Source: Promethearchaeota archaeon (GTDB lineage Archaea; Asgardarchaeota; Lokiarchaeia; Sigyniarchaeales; SOKP01). From it: a stretch of 64,000 nt of DNA. A program made the translations under genes and the position numbers. This document shows positions 52,076 through 61,398 of this stretch, in pieces. Every line of letters begins with the position of its first letter. Position 1 is the stretch's first letter. The notes below the pieces were generated by a model. It was not told where the DNA came from, did not search any database, and saw nothing but the letters and a program-made list of their open reading frames with translations. Where the stretch lies: contig JAHPZA010000009.1 in assembly GCA_019058445.1 (NCBI GenBank), positions 646,410-710,409 on the forward strand. The letters are read 5' to 3'.

Positions 52076-52891
52076 ATGACTATGAAGATTGGGATACTCT
52101 CAAAAAAAACTACTGGCATGACGGGTTTGATGAGAGAATTTTTTGAAAATGCGGGACACACTGTGAAAATATATACATTGAAAGATTTATGCATAAATGA
52201 AGCACTGTTTGAAAATGATTTTTATGTACTTAAATCAAAAAAAATAGTGTATATCTATGCTGGTCATTACTTAGAGAAAAATAATATTCCCGTAATTCCA
52301 AATCCAAATACCATTTATAATAATAAAAATCGTATAGAGGCACATTATTTAATTAAGCAAACAGGCTTAAGGCTGCCCGAATTTTATTATGGAAAAGTCC
52401 AAACTTTAAAAGATCAACTTAAAGCAGATGATTTTCCTTTAATTTTAAAACCAATTATGGGTTCTGGGAGTAGAGGCATAAAAAAAGTAATTTCATTTGA
52501 CGATTTAGAGCCGAAAAATGATCAACCATTATACTTAGAAAAATATATAGAAGGAACTCATTATTTGGTGTATTTTATTGAAAATCAGGTATGCATTTTA
52601 GAAAAACCTCCGCTATCAAATGAACATGTAGAAATGAAGAAAATTTTACTGAATGACAATAATGAAGATATCCAAGAGGTTGTAATCAAATGGAAATCTT
52701 ATTATAATCTACAATTTGGCCATTTAGATATTGTAAGAGAAGACAATACCAATAAAATTTATCTTGTAGATCCGGGTTCTTTTCCCGAATTCTCAAATTG
52801 GTGGTATGATGAGAATCCCACACCTAAAATCTGTAATCTTATATTAAAAAGATATGAAGATTTAAAACATAATAATCATAAAAATATCTGA
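52076..52891 (+). CDS. ATP-grasp protein D (ITPK1/RimK-like, variant)
   Basis: FPLILKP..GSGSRG, EKYI and GHLDIV...LVDPGSFP. Confidence 0.7.
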   Translation: MTMKIGILSKKTTGMTGLMREFFENAGHTVKIYTLKDLCINEALFENDFYVLKSKKIVYIYAGHYLEKNNIPVIPNPNTIYNNKNRIEAHYLIKQTGLRLPEFYYGKVQTLKDQLKADDFPLILKPIMGSGSRGIKKVISFDDLEPKNDQPLYLEKYIEGTHYLVYFIENQVCILEKPPLSNEHVEMKKILLNDNNEDIQEVVIKWKSYYNLQFGHLDIVREDNTNKIYLVDPGSFPEFSNWWYDENPTPKICNLILKRYEDLKHNNHKNI

Positions 52892-52920
52892 ACCAATTAC
52901 TAAAAAGGATTCGTACTATT

Positions 52921-53901
52921 TTGAATGACCCAGATAAGTTACAGGATTTAGAATTTAAGTCCATAACTGATATGTTTGGAAAGCAAAAAGTTAGACTTTA
53001 TAAAATAAAACATATTATCTTCGACTTTGGAGGGGTAATGATAGAAAAAACATTTGTTTTAAAGAATCTGTTTGACATTATTGAAGCTGACTTAAAGCTT
53101 TCAATACCTCGTACAGAAGATTCCTATTTTAGAAAACTACGAAGGCAAGTGAGCTCTGGAATCATATCTTCTCGAGAATTTTTAGAAAAAATGCTAGAAA
53201 AATATTATTATCCATTTTTGAAAAATGATGGGGCATTACCGGCAAAAAGGGCAAATGTCGATTATTATTTAGAGCTCTGGTTCCAGATTTATACAGTAGT
53301 TACAAAATTTTCAAAAGATATGGCCGAAATAATTGAAAGATTTCATCAGGCCGGTTATATTGTAAGTTTAATGTCCAATACATACGATATTCATGCAAGA
53401 TCAAATGAATTGAGGGGTTTTTATGATGCTTTTGATAATGTATATCTCTCAAGTGAAATAGGGCTTATTAAACCCAATATCGAGAAATACAAATATGTTT
53501 TATCAAAATTAAATACGGAACCTAAAAAATGTATATTTATTGATGATAAGCTTGTAAATCTTATCCCAGCACGTGAGTTAGGAATCATTGTTATTAGATT
53601 TGAGTCATTAGAAAAATTTAAAAAGCAATTGAACCAAATAGGGATAAAAAAACTCAGACCTAATCTTAGGCATGAAATAAAAAAAAAGTATAAAAAATAT
53701 AAAAAGGTTAAAAAGTCTTATAAAAAAGCGAAACGAGCATACAAAAAGGCTAGGAAAGAATTCTTAAAAAAGAAGAGAAAATCCTCCAAAAGACATAGAG
53801 AATTTCGAAGAAGATATGCCGAATATAGGAAGAAAAAACAGGAATATAAAGAAGAAAAAAAGAAAAAGAAGGAATTAATCTCCAAAGTTAGTATTGCTTA
53901 A
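52921..53901 (+). CDS. HAD-superfamily phosphatase with a Lys/Arg-rich C-terminal tail
   Basis: FDFGGV, MSN, KP and FIDD; the last ~85 aa are highly basic. Confidence 0.88.
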   Translation: MNDPDKLQDLEFKSITDMFGKQKVRLYKIKHIIFDFGGVMIEKTFVLKNLFDIIEADLKLSIPRTEDSYFRKLRRQVSSGIISSREFLEKMLEKYYYPFLKNDGALPAKRANVDYYLELWFQIYTVVTKFSKDMAEIIERFHQAGYIVSLMSNTYDIHARSNELRGFYDAFDNVYLSSEIGLIKPNIEKYKYVLSKLNTEPKKCIFIDDKLVNLIPARELGIIVIRFESLEKFKKQLNQIGIKKLRPNLRHEIKKKYKKYKKVKKSYKKAKRAYKKARKEFLKKKRKSSKRHREFRRRYAEYRKKKQEYKEEKKKKKELISKVSIA

Positions 53902-53933
53902 TGATTTGAAACCAAGAATAATGATGGAACATC

Positions 53934-55220
53934 TTATAAGAAATCATTAATGAAATAATCATCACAAAATTCAAGGCGATCTAATGTCCAATCTTTTAAT
54001 TGGTTGATATAATTCTCAGAATTATATGTTTGTTTCCAGAGATTCAGATCTTGTTGTACAAAAGGTCTGCATTCACTGTAGATATTAGATATTGTGTTGG
54101 AAATTGATTCATTACTCCAAATATTATTCCGCAAATCATTCCAGCGGTTAGTGCAATTTTGCCTAAAAGTCTGATTATATAACAATCTATCATACAGTCT
54201 GTTCTTTGAGCATATCTCTTCTTGTATGACTGTAGACGTATTATCATATATAGTTGTGGAATTTTGTCCAAAGCTAATATCAAAATCCCAAGGAATGAGA
54301 TAAAAGAGTGAATCATGCGAATTTCTTGCAATAAAATAATTTTTATCCCAAAAGTCTCCATGGAGCATAAAAAAATTAAACAGAAAAAAATCAATAAGAT
54401 TAATTTCGCTAAAATTAGCAAAAATTCCATTCTGAGGGTGGTAAAAAGTGTTATTTAGAGAATTATTAACAAAATCTATCAATGGGGGTAAAATTTTATC
54501 CTTTACATAAAATCCCTCATCTTCATTCGGCCAATCTTGTTCCCACCGGTCTTTTTCATAAACTGTAAAGTTTGTATAATCTTTAGCTTGAAATATGACG
54601 CTTGAATTCGTATAATTCGTTGCGGTCGTTTCATCTATACCCAATAATTTACGATCATTCTTCTCAGCAAGTAAATAGAGACCTTTATAATCCCCATTAA
54701 AATATAATAATACATATCTCGATCGTGGAAGAATTGCAGTTGGATTATTTTCTAATAAAAGATTTCGCCAAAGATTAAATGACAGTTTAGTTTTCAGTCG
54801 AGTATAATCATAATAACTGGCAAACAATTGCCAATCGTCATCATCTCTCATCCCAAGTAAAGGTTCTCCTTTTGATAATTGCAAACGATAACCTTTTTTT
54901 GGATATGTTGCGCTTGTTTCACCTCTTATTTTAATTTCGGCTTCTAATGGATCAATTCTTTCAGAAGATTCTTCACTATCTAATTCAAATACACAATTAG
55001 AATAGTTTTCGTTATCAAGGGCTTCATAACAGGTAATATATATTGTTGGAAAGTCTGGATGGTCATCTGAGGAATCAGATTCTTCTTCTGTCGGATATGG
55101 GAAATATATGAAAAAAAGAACTGTGGAAAGAGTAATAATGCTTATTAAAATTAGAGATAATAAATTTCTTCTACGTCGGCGCGGTGGGTGCCTATCTACA
55201 AAATCTATTGCCTTAACCAT
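53934..55220 (-). CDS. CotH-family kinase, membrane-anchored
   Basis: IRGETS...PKKGY, NGDYKGLYLLAE, D...KNY and IPWDFDISFG; N-terminal TM. Confidence 0.88.
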   Translation of the reverse strand: MVKAIDFVDRHPPRRRRRNLLSLILISIITLSTVLFFIYFPYPTEEESDSSDDHPDFPTIYITCYEALDNENYSNCVFELDSEESSERIDPLEAEIKIRGETSATYPKKGYRLQLSKGEPLLGMRDDDDWQLFASYYDYTRLKTKLSFNLWRNLLLENNPTAILPRSRYVLLYFNGDYKGLYLLAEKNDRKLLGIDETTATNYTNSSVIFQAKDYTNFTVYEKDRWEQDWPNEDEGFYVKDKILPPLIDFVNNSLNNTFYHPQNGIFANFSEINLIDFFLFNFFMLHGDFWDKNYFIARNSHDSLFYLIPWDFDISFGQNSTTIYDNTSTVIQEEICSKNRLYDRLLYNQTFRQNCTNRWNDLRNNIWSNESISNTISNIYSECRPFVQQDLNLWKQTYNSENYINQLKDWTLDRLEFCDDYFINDFL

Positions 55221-55458
55221 AAGGTTTCTTGATAAATTTATCTATTATTTTAAATCAACTATAATTTGGTAATACTTTTTAATTTTTAAAATTTAAAAGG
55301 ATTTTAACATCTATTATTTTATATATTTAAATATAGCAAAATAGGTATTACAAACTTCTAATCTTTCTAATATCCATTGATTTAGATGTTTTATATACTT
55401 ATGTACATCGCAATTCGAAAATTAAAAATTATATAAGAATAAGTCTATGAAAAAAGGA

Positions 55459-56586
55459 TTATTCCTCTTTGGATACTTCTTTCTCTTCCTCGTTAGAATT
55501 CTCTTTATTTAATTCTTCTACTTTTTTCATAACAGATTCAGAAGCATCTGTGGGAAGTGGCATTTTCTCAAAGACTTCAATAAATTTCACATCGCCAATT
55601 TCTAAATGACTCTGCAAATCCATGGCAAGCCCAAATTTCAAATATGTAAGGTTTTGAAACATAAACATTTTTGGGATGTAAAATTCGATTGAATTTTCAT
55701 CTTTATTATAGGTAATCTTAAAATCTGCGATATTTTGTTTAGGGATTCCTTTAGAAGTCATGAAATATTCGATTTTCTCATTAAAATCTTCTATTTTATC
55801 AATAACTTCTAAATTGTAATCTATGCTCTGCCCTGCGAGTGGATGATTATAATCAACAATAACTTTTCCTTGAGCTACTCGGATGACTGTACCCCTCTGA
55901 GACTGACCCTGTTGGGTTTGCTTCACAAATTCCTGTCCTAATTCCGGATTCTTTCCATTGTTCAATTTTCTAAATTTTGCTATCCCAATTCGCTCAATTT
56001 TTTGAGGATCACGCTTACCAAACGCTTTTGTGGGAGGAATTCTTACGGATTTTTTCTGAAAATAATTCATATCTTTTATAGTCTCTGTAAGACCTTCATT
56101 TAAGAAACCAGGTTTTCCCACGATTACGAACTCAGGGGTATAGAAACCTTGTTGCTCTTTTTGCTCGTCATAAATCCCTGCTTTTTTAGCATCTTCAACA
56201 GAAGAGACCTGAAACACTTTACCTTTTTGAGTTTTAGCAGTGATTTTCAAAAGAATAAAGTCGCCATCTTCTACTTTTTTATCCCCTAATTGTTTTTTCT
56301 TTTCTTCTAACTTTTTAAGTTCTTCTTGAATTCTTTTTTCCTCTTCATCATCTTCCTTAACACTTTCTTCACCCTCTTCATCGGCTACTGGTTTCTCTGA
56401 TTGATGTTCTATTAACTCTTTTGCATTATCTATATATTTTTGAGCTGAAGCCTTACCTATCCCTTTAATTTCTAATAATTCCTCAACTTTAGCATCAGCT
56501 AGCTTTTCAACGGTATCTATTCCAGCTCCTTTAAGATCTTCAATCTTTTTACCAAGTCCTTTTACATCTTCCAATTTTAAGCTCAT
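55459..56586 (-). CDS. Long FKBP-type PPIase (SlyD-like) with an N-terminal helix-hairpin-helix domain
   Basis: VKGLG and IKGIG HhH motifs; IPPTKAFGKRD and VDYNHPLAG. Confidence 0.9.
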   Translation of the reverse strand: MSLKLEDVKGLGKKIEDLKGAGIDTVEKLADAKVEELLEIKGIGKASAQKYIDNAKELIEHQSEKPVADEEGEESVKEDDEEEKRIQEELKKLEEKKKQLGDKKVEDGDFILLKITAKTQKGKVFQVSSVEDAKKAGIYDEQKEQQGFYTPEFVIVGKPGFLNEGLTETIKDMNYFQKKSVRIPPTKAFGKRDPQKIERIGIAKFRKLNNGKNPELGQEFVKQTQQGQSQRGTVIRVAQGKVIVDYNHPLAGQSIDYNLEVIDKIEDFNEKIEYFMTSKGIPKQNIADFKITYNKDENSIEFYIPKMFMFQNLTYLKFGLAMDLQSHLEIGDVKFIEVFEKMPLPTDASESVMKKVEELNKENSNEEEKEVSKEE

Positions 56587-57019
56587 AAATATCCAAATCC
56601 TATTTTAAAGTTAAGCTCTATAAGTGATATTTGTTAAATTTTGAAATATTTCATAATTTTTAGACTTTTCTAATTCTGATCCTTAATCTTTGCTAAAAGC
56701 TTGATTAAAAGGGAATAAATTTTATTTTCACATATATTCCATGAGGAACATCCTATTGAATAATATGAACTTAAAAGTCTAATTCATTTAGAGATTCCAT
56801 AATCTTTTTAGGAACTATCTACAAGGATAATTGATACTTTTAAAAACCATTCTTATAATTTATAATGCAGTGTAATTTATTTAATCGAATCTTTCTGGAT
56901 ATAATAAAGCAACCTAGTCTTCTATATGAATTTATAACAGACTGGCAATACAACTAAAAAAAATGTAGAGACGAAGAGTTATTATTATTGTAAAGGGTAT
57001 TCTTAGATCTATAGTTTAT

Positions 57020-58489
57020 TTGACAGTTGGAATTGCATGTATAATTCCACCATTTATTGGCATAAGTCTTTTTTGGAATTATATCCCATATTTATCTTTT
57101 TATCTATGGCTAATTACCGCTTTTTACTTGATTTTATTTACTTGCGGAATATTTAATCTAATTCAAGGAGTTCGCAGTATAAAAGCTGCCAGAGAAAATA
57201 AAAGGTTTATTTCTTCTCCATTCTATAATATTGTAAACTTTTTTTTAATAATCATCTTGATCGGATCTCCTTTATTTTATATTTATTATACCGAAACTAA
57301 AGAGTGGAATTATGGTCCATATCTCTCTTGGACCGACGAAGACTCATCAAAAACGATGACAATTACATGGATCACTGAAGCCGCTGAACCAAATCCCATA
57401 TTCAAATGGGGAGACACGTCATATGATCTCAGTAAAATAGCTAATGTGGAAGGGGATGATCATCATCATACTGTAAAATTAAAAGGGTTAAAACCTGATT
57501 CAAATTATTTTTATCAAATTCCTGGCTTTCGAGAGATAATTACAGAATTTAGAACCGGTCCTAGGATTGGAAGTAGGACTCCATTTTCATTCGTGTTATA
57601 TGGTGATACCCGTGAAGATGAACCTTCAGAATCAGAACTCACTCATGAAGAAATTATTGAGCGAATGGGAAAAGAAAAGGATGTTCGGTTCGTATTACAA
57701 GCAGGGGATGTTGCCAATAATTATGATGAAAACTGGAAAGAGCAGTGGCATTATAATTTTGAGGTTATTAAACCTTTATCAAAAAAAATACCTTTTATGT
57801 CAGTCGCAGGAAATCATGGTTGGAATGAAGGGGTTACGAAAACAATTACTGGAAGTATATATATAAATTATTATGAACTACCTCGAAATGGTCCCGGTAA
57901 AGACGGAGAATCTTATTACTTTAATTATGGAAATGCTTTTTACCTGGTTATTGGCTATGATCAACAAGAGGCAGCTAGTCCAGAAGAATATGACGCTCCA
58001 TTTGTTGAATGGGTAGTTGAACAATTGCAGTATGCCAAAACCTGTGGTCTATTTGATTGGATTTTTGTTATGTTTCATAAACCTCCCTTCTCGGTTAAAA
58101 TTGAGAATAATGTGATTGAAGAGAATCATACTCAAATTCGCTATTGGCACCCTATTTTTATGGATTTAGGAGTTGATTTTGTATTTAATGGACATAACCA
58201 TCACTATGAACGAATTCAGGTGGGAAATTCTCCCGAAGAGATTGGAACCCATAATATCACTTATGTTGTAAGTGGAGGCGGAGGTGGAGGGGGCGATCTT
58301 CATGATACGCTACCAGCTATTTTCAATTCAAGCAAGGACGGTGTAGGAGATCTAGAATATTATGGGAAAACAGCCTATGCTGAAAAATGCTATCATTATG
58401 TTCGATTTTCTGTTCAAGGTAATACCATCTCTCTTAAAACTATTACTGTGAGTGGAGAAGTTATAGATAGGTATACTGTGACAAAGTAA
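57020..58489 (+). CDS. Membrane-anchored purple acid phosphatase-like metallophosphoesterase
   Basis: N-terminal TMs, FN3-like domain (H.V.L.GLKPDS.Y.Y), and GD, GDVA, GNH, FH.P and GHNHHYER motifs. Confidence 0.88.
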   Translation: MTVGIACIIPPFIGISLFWNYIPYLSFYLWLITAFYLILFTCGIFNLIQGVRSIKAARENKRFISSPFYNIVNFFLIIILIGSPLFYIYYTETKEWNYGPYLSWTDEDSSKTMTITWITEAAEPNPIFKWGDTSYDLSKIANVEGDDHHHTVKLKGLKPDSNYFYQIPGFREIITEFRTGPRIGSRTPFSFVLYGDTREDEPSESELTHEEIIERMGKEKDVRFVLQAGDVANNYDENWKEQWHYNFEVIKPLSKKIPFMSVAGNHGWNEGVTKTITGSIYINYYELPRNGPGKDGESYYFNYGNAFYLVIGYDQQEAASPEEYDAPFVEWVVEQLQYAKTCGLFDWIFVMFHKPPFSVKIENNVIEENHTQIRYWHPIFMDLGVDFVFNGHNHHYERIQVGNSPEEIGTHNITYVVSGGGGGGGDLHDTLPAIFNSSKDGVGDLEYYGKTAYAEKCYHYVRFSVQGNTISLKTITVSGEVIDRYTVTK

Positions 58490-58590
58490 TTTATTTATTA
58501 GTTTATTTTGCTTAAAGAAATATATTTAAAAGTTGTAATCAAGAATATATGGATGTGGAAGTTAAAAATCAGCCAAATAAGGTAAAATAC

Positions 58591-59703
58591 TTAGGATACA
58601 GGCCTCCATAAAATCCCTAGTTTACTCGCATAATCTCTAACTTCTTGTATTTCTTCTGATGTTGGACGTCTGTTTATTTCTTCATAATTATAGGCTTTAT
58701 ATTGTGGTCTATATTGTTGCATCACATTCACCACACATTTAGGAATTTCTTTCGCAACATAATCCAAAATAGGTTTCGAGCAACACTCAACATGATTTGG
58801 CATTACTAAGTGTCGGATTATAATTTCACCAGAACCCTCGTCATGTATGCACTTATGGTTTCTGGCAATTACATCAAAATAGTTTTTAACACCAGAATAT
58901 TTTTCTGCGCAATGATTGTTTCCGTATTTAAAGTCAGGTAGCCAGAAATCCATAAAATCAATAATCAAAGAGAGTGCTTTATTAGTTAAATAAAAATTGG
59001 AATTCCACAATTGGCAAATATTCGATTTTTGATATAGTAAGCTTCCAACAATGGTATGGAGATTCGGAATTGGGTCTCCTCCTACATAATTTATGTTTAT
59101 TGCTCCTTTATCCACGAGCTTCTCTGCGAGCTCAGCTAATCTTTTATAGTTTACATTAGTGGCAATATCTTCGATATTTCTTTTTCCTTTCCATGCTTGA
59201 GAAATATCGTAGTTTTGACAAAACACACAACCAAAATTACAGGATTGAAAAAAAATCGTCCCGCTTGGGATTAGAACGCTCTCTTCTCCCATATGTAAAA
59301 ATGCGGATGATACAAAAGAATCCTTTGTTAAAAGACAATATCCTTTTTCATCCTTAATACGATTTGCCCCGCACTCCCTTTCACAAAAAATGCAGCTTTC
59401 CAGATATTTATTTGCTAGCGTTTCAGATAAAGTAATATAATTAGAAGATTTAATTTCTCGTGTTTTAAGTTCTTCTGTATTTTTTTTAATAAGTTGTTTA
59501 AACTCTGTTGATTTTTCATGAAGAAGGTTTTCTAATTTCTCTATTGGATCATTTGGATTAAACCTACATTCTAAGGTCTTTGCTATCAAATATCTTGCGA
59601 TGTGGGTTCCATCCATAATGCCCTTATAATACGAAAATCTTGTTTTTATTTCTTCATTCTTCCACACTGACATTGAATCTGGTCGTAGAATTCTATAAAC
59701 CAT
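58591..59703 (-). CDS. Radical SAM protein, PflX-like
   Basis: C.FCERECGANR, H.GEE, SGTIFF..CNFGCVFCQN, PDFKYG, RHLVMP and QYRP. Confidence 0.88.
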   Translation of the reverse strand: MVYRILRPDSMSVWKNEEIKTRFSYYKGIMDGTHIARYLIAKTLECRFNPNDPIEKLENLLHEKSTEFKQLIKKNTEELKTREIKSSNYITLSETLANKYLESCIFCERECGANRIKDEKGYCLLTKDSFVSSAFLHMGEESVLIPSGTIFFQSCNFGCVFCQNYDISQAWKGKRNIEDIATNVNYKRLAELAEKLVDKGAININYVGGDPIPNLHTIVGSLLYQKSNICQLWNSNFYLTNKALSLIIDFMDFWLPDFKYGNNHCAEKYSGVKNYFDVIARNHKCIHDEGSGEIIIRHLVMPNHVECCSKPILDYVAKEIPKCVVNVMQQYRPQYKAYNYEEINRRPTSEEIQEVRDYASKLGILWRPVS

Positions 59704-59843
59704 TTTATCAACTTAATTTTATTGTATGAGCTCTTGTCATTAATTAAAGATTAATTAATTTATAAATTTAGATTTTTCACAGTTCTTTATCTTTATTTAA
59801 TCTTATAGAAATGATTGATTTGAATGCTTATTATGAAGTAGAA

Positions 59844-60164
59844 TCATTTATATTTCGTTGAGGCATATGTCATTAAAAATAAACCGATGATTTGAAAGAT
59901 TAATGACACAATCCACATAGTTATTTTAATTATTGTTCCATAACTTTCTCTTAACGGAGCCAATATAAATTCTGCTACAATAGCAACTCCAATGTAGAAC
60001 ATTATAATCCCAATTGCAGATATATATGAAGTAGTCCTTTGACTGGGTGTTTTAACACCAATGTAAATGAAAATGAATGGTACTAATAATCCTATAAAAA
60101 AGGGAATTATTTCTAATGCTGATATAAATTCGAAATCTTCACGCTGGACAATGAATCTTAATAA
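59844..60164 (-). pseudogene. Start-less remnant of a membrane protein
   Basis: A 107-codon open frame (..IPFFIGLLVPFIFIYIGVKTPSQR..MTYASTKYK*) has 3 TMs; the nearest upstream ATG is out of frame. Confidence 0.5.
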
Positions 60165-60339
60165 TCATATCTGAGGTTGGATTTTTTTTTAACATTTAGT
60201 AATTTAGAAAAGGTGTTTATGTTTATTCTTAGAAATACCCTAATATTTTATTTCTATATAGTGATATATAAGATTTTATGTATATATTGTTAATGTAATT
60301 ATTTCGTTTTGCTTGCTAATCTGAAGGTTAATATTAGTA

Positions 60340-60355
60340 TGTGATCCTTATCACA
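60340..60355. promoter_or_regulatory. Palindromic operator-like site TGTGAT-N4-ATCACA
   Basis: Perfect dyad about 70 nt upstream of the MCP-like gene. Confidence 0.35.
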
Positions 60356-60426
60356 AAATTATGTAAAAAACGCAAATTTAAATATTTCTCATTTTATTAC
60401 ATACTCACAGTTTCTAAATACTAAGA

Positions 60427-61248
60427 TTGGGGATATTTGTGATTTTACAGACGAATTATGATAATAACTTAAATTTTATTCTTATACCCATTTGTGTAGT
60501 GATCATTTCTTTAGTATATAAATATCATTATCGAAAAGAAACAACTAATATATATGCTATAGTAGCTTTTGTTTCTACTTTTGTAGTGGGCTTGATGGCT
60601 ATGTTGGGTTTGCTTCAGGCTGGAACATTTAATAATTCATGGATTTCAGCATTTATTCTTTATCCAATTGGAATTTCAGTAGCAATACTCCTCACGCTTT
60701 ATATGAATAGAATTATTAGGGCAAATTTTCAAAAATTAGAAGAGGTAATTAAAGCATCATCAGAGAATTCTATAAATGTCTCTAATATTGCTATGGAATT
60801 GGCAGCAAGCGCAAGTGAAGTAAATGCGGCTTCAGAAGAAATCGCATCATCCTCAATGGAAATGACGAAAACCACAGAGGATGTGATGCGTTCCTCGACA
60901 AATATTATAAACATTATGGACATCATCACAAATTTAGCCGAACATACTCATTTATTAGCTTTAAATGCTCGTATAGAAGCTGGCAGAGCAGGAGAGCATG
61001 GTCGTGGTTTTGCAGTTGTAGCAGAAGAAGTTAGAAAATTAGCAACCCAGTCAAAACAAGCAGTTTCAAATACAGGGAATGAAATTAATGAAATAATTAA
61101 CAAAATAAATGTATCATTTGAGAATATGCAAGAAATTAGTTCTTCAGCAGAAGAGCAAACAGCTTCAATGGAGGAAATTTCCGCAACAGCAAATAAGTTA
61201 GAAGCCTTAGCAGAAGAACTAAAAAACAGTTTATATCAATATAAATAA
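60427..61248 (+). CDS. Short methyl-accepting chemotaxis-like protein
   Basis: 3 TMs followed by [32 protein letters not shown]. Confidence 0.9.
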   Translation: MGIFVILQTNYDNNLNFILIPICVVIISLVYKYHYRKETTNIYAIVAFVSTFVVGLMAMLGLLQAGTFNNSWISAFILYPIGISVAILLTLYMNRIIRANFQKLEEVIKASSENSINVSNIAMELAASASEVNAASEEIASSSMEMTKTTEDVMRSSTNIINIMDIITNLAEHTHLLALNARIEAGRAGEHGRGFAVVAEEVRKLATQSKQAVSNTGNEINEIINKINVSFENMQEISSSAEEQTASMEEISATANKLEALAEELKNSLYQYK

Positions 61249-61398
61249 TCCATTCATGACCATATTTGAAAGCTTAATAGTATTTTTATATCTAACCAAA
61301 AATTTAATCTGGATAAGATTAAACTATAATTTAATTTAGTTTAAAGTCAAATCAAATATGGTTAAGTTTTAAATGTAAATTAGTATATTAGTAAGAAA

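Noticed and set aside
56940-57019. In-frame ATG-TAG upstream of the phosphatase as possible amber readthrough
   Set aside because: The extension is short with no supporting motif and no pyl genes are in view; start-site uncertainty explains it.
4042-60929. Short ORFs nested in or antisense to long genes (e.g. 4042-4386, 8624-8926, 17494-17953, 21274-23498, 33119-33454, 54044-54430, 57567-57866)
   Set aside because: These are shadow or alternate-frame ORFs with no motifs, overlapping well-supported genes.
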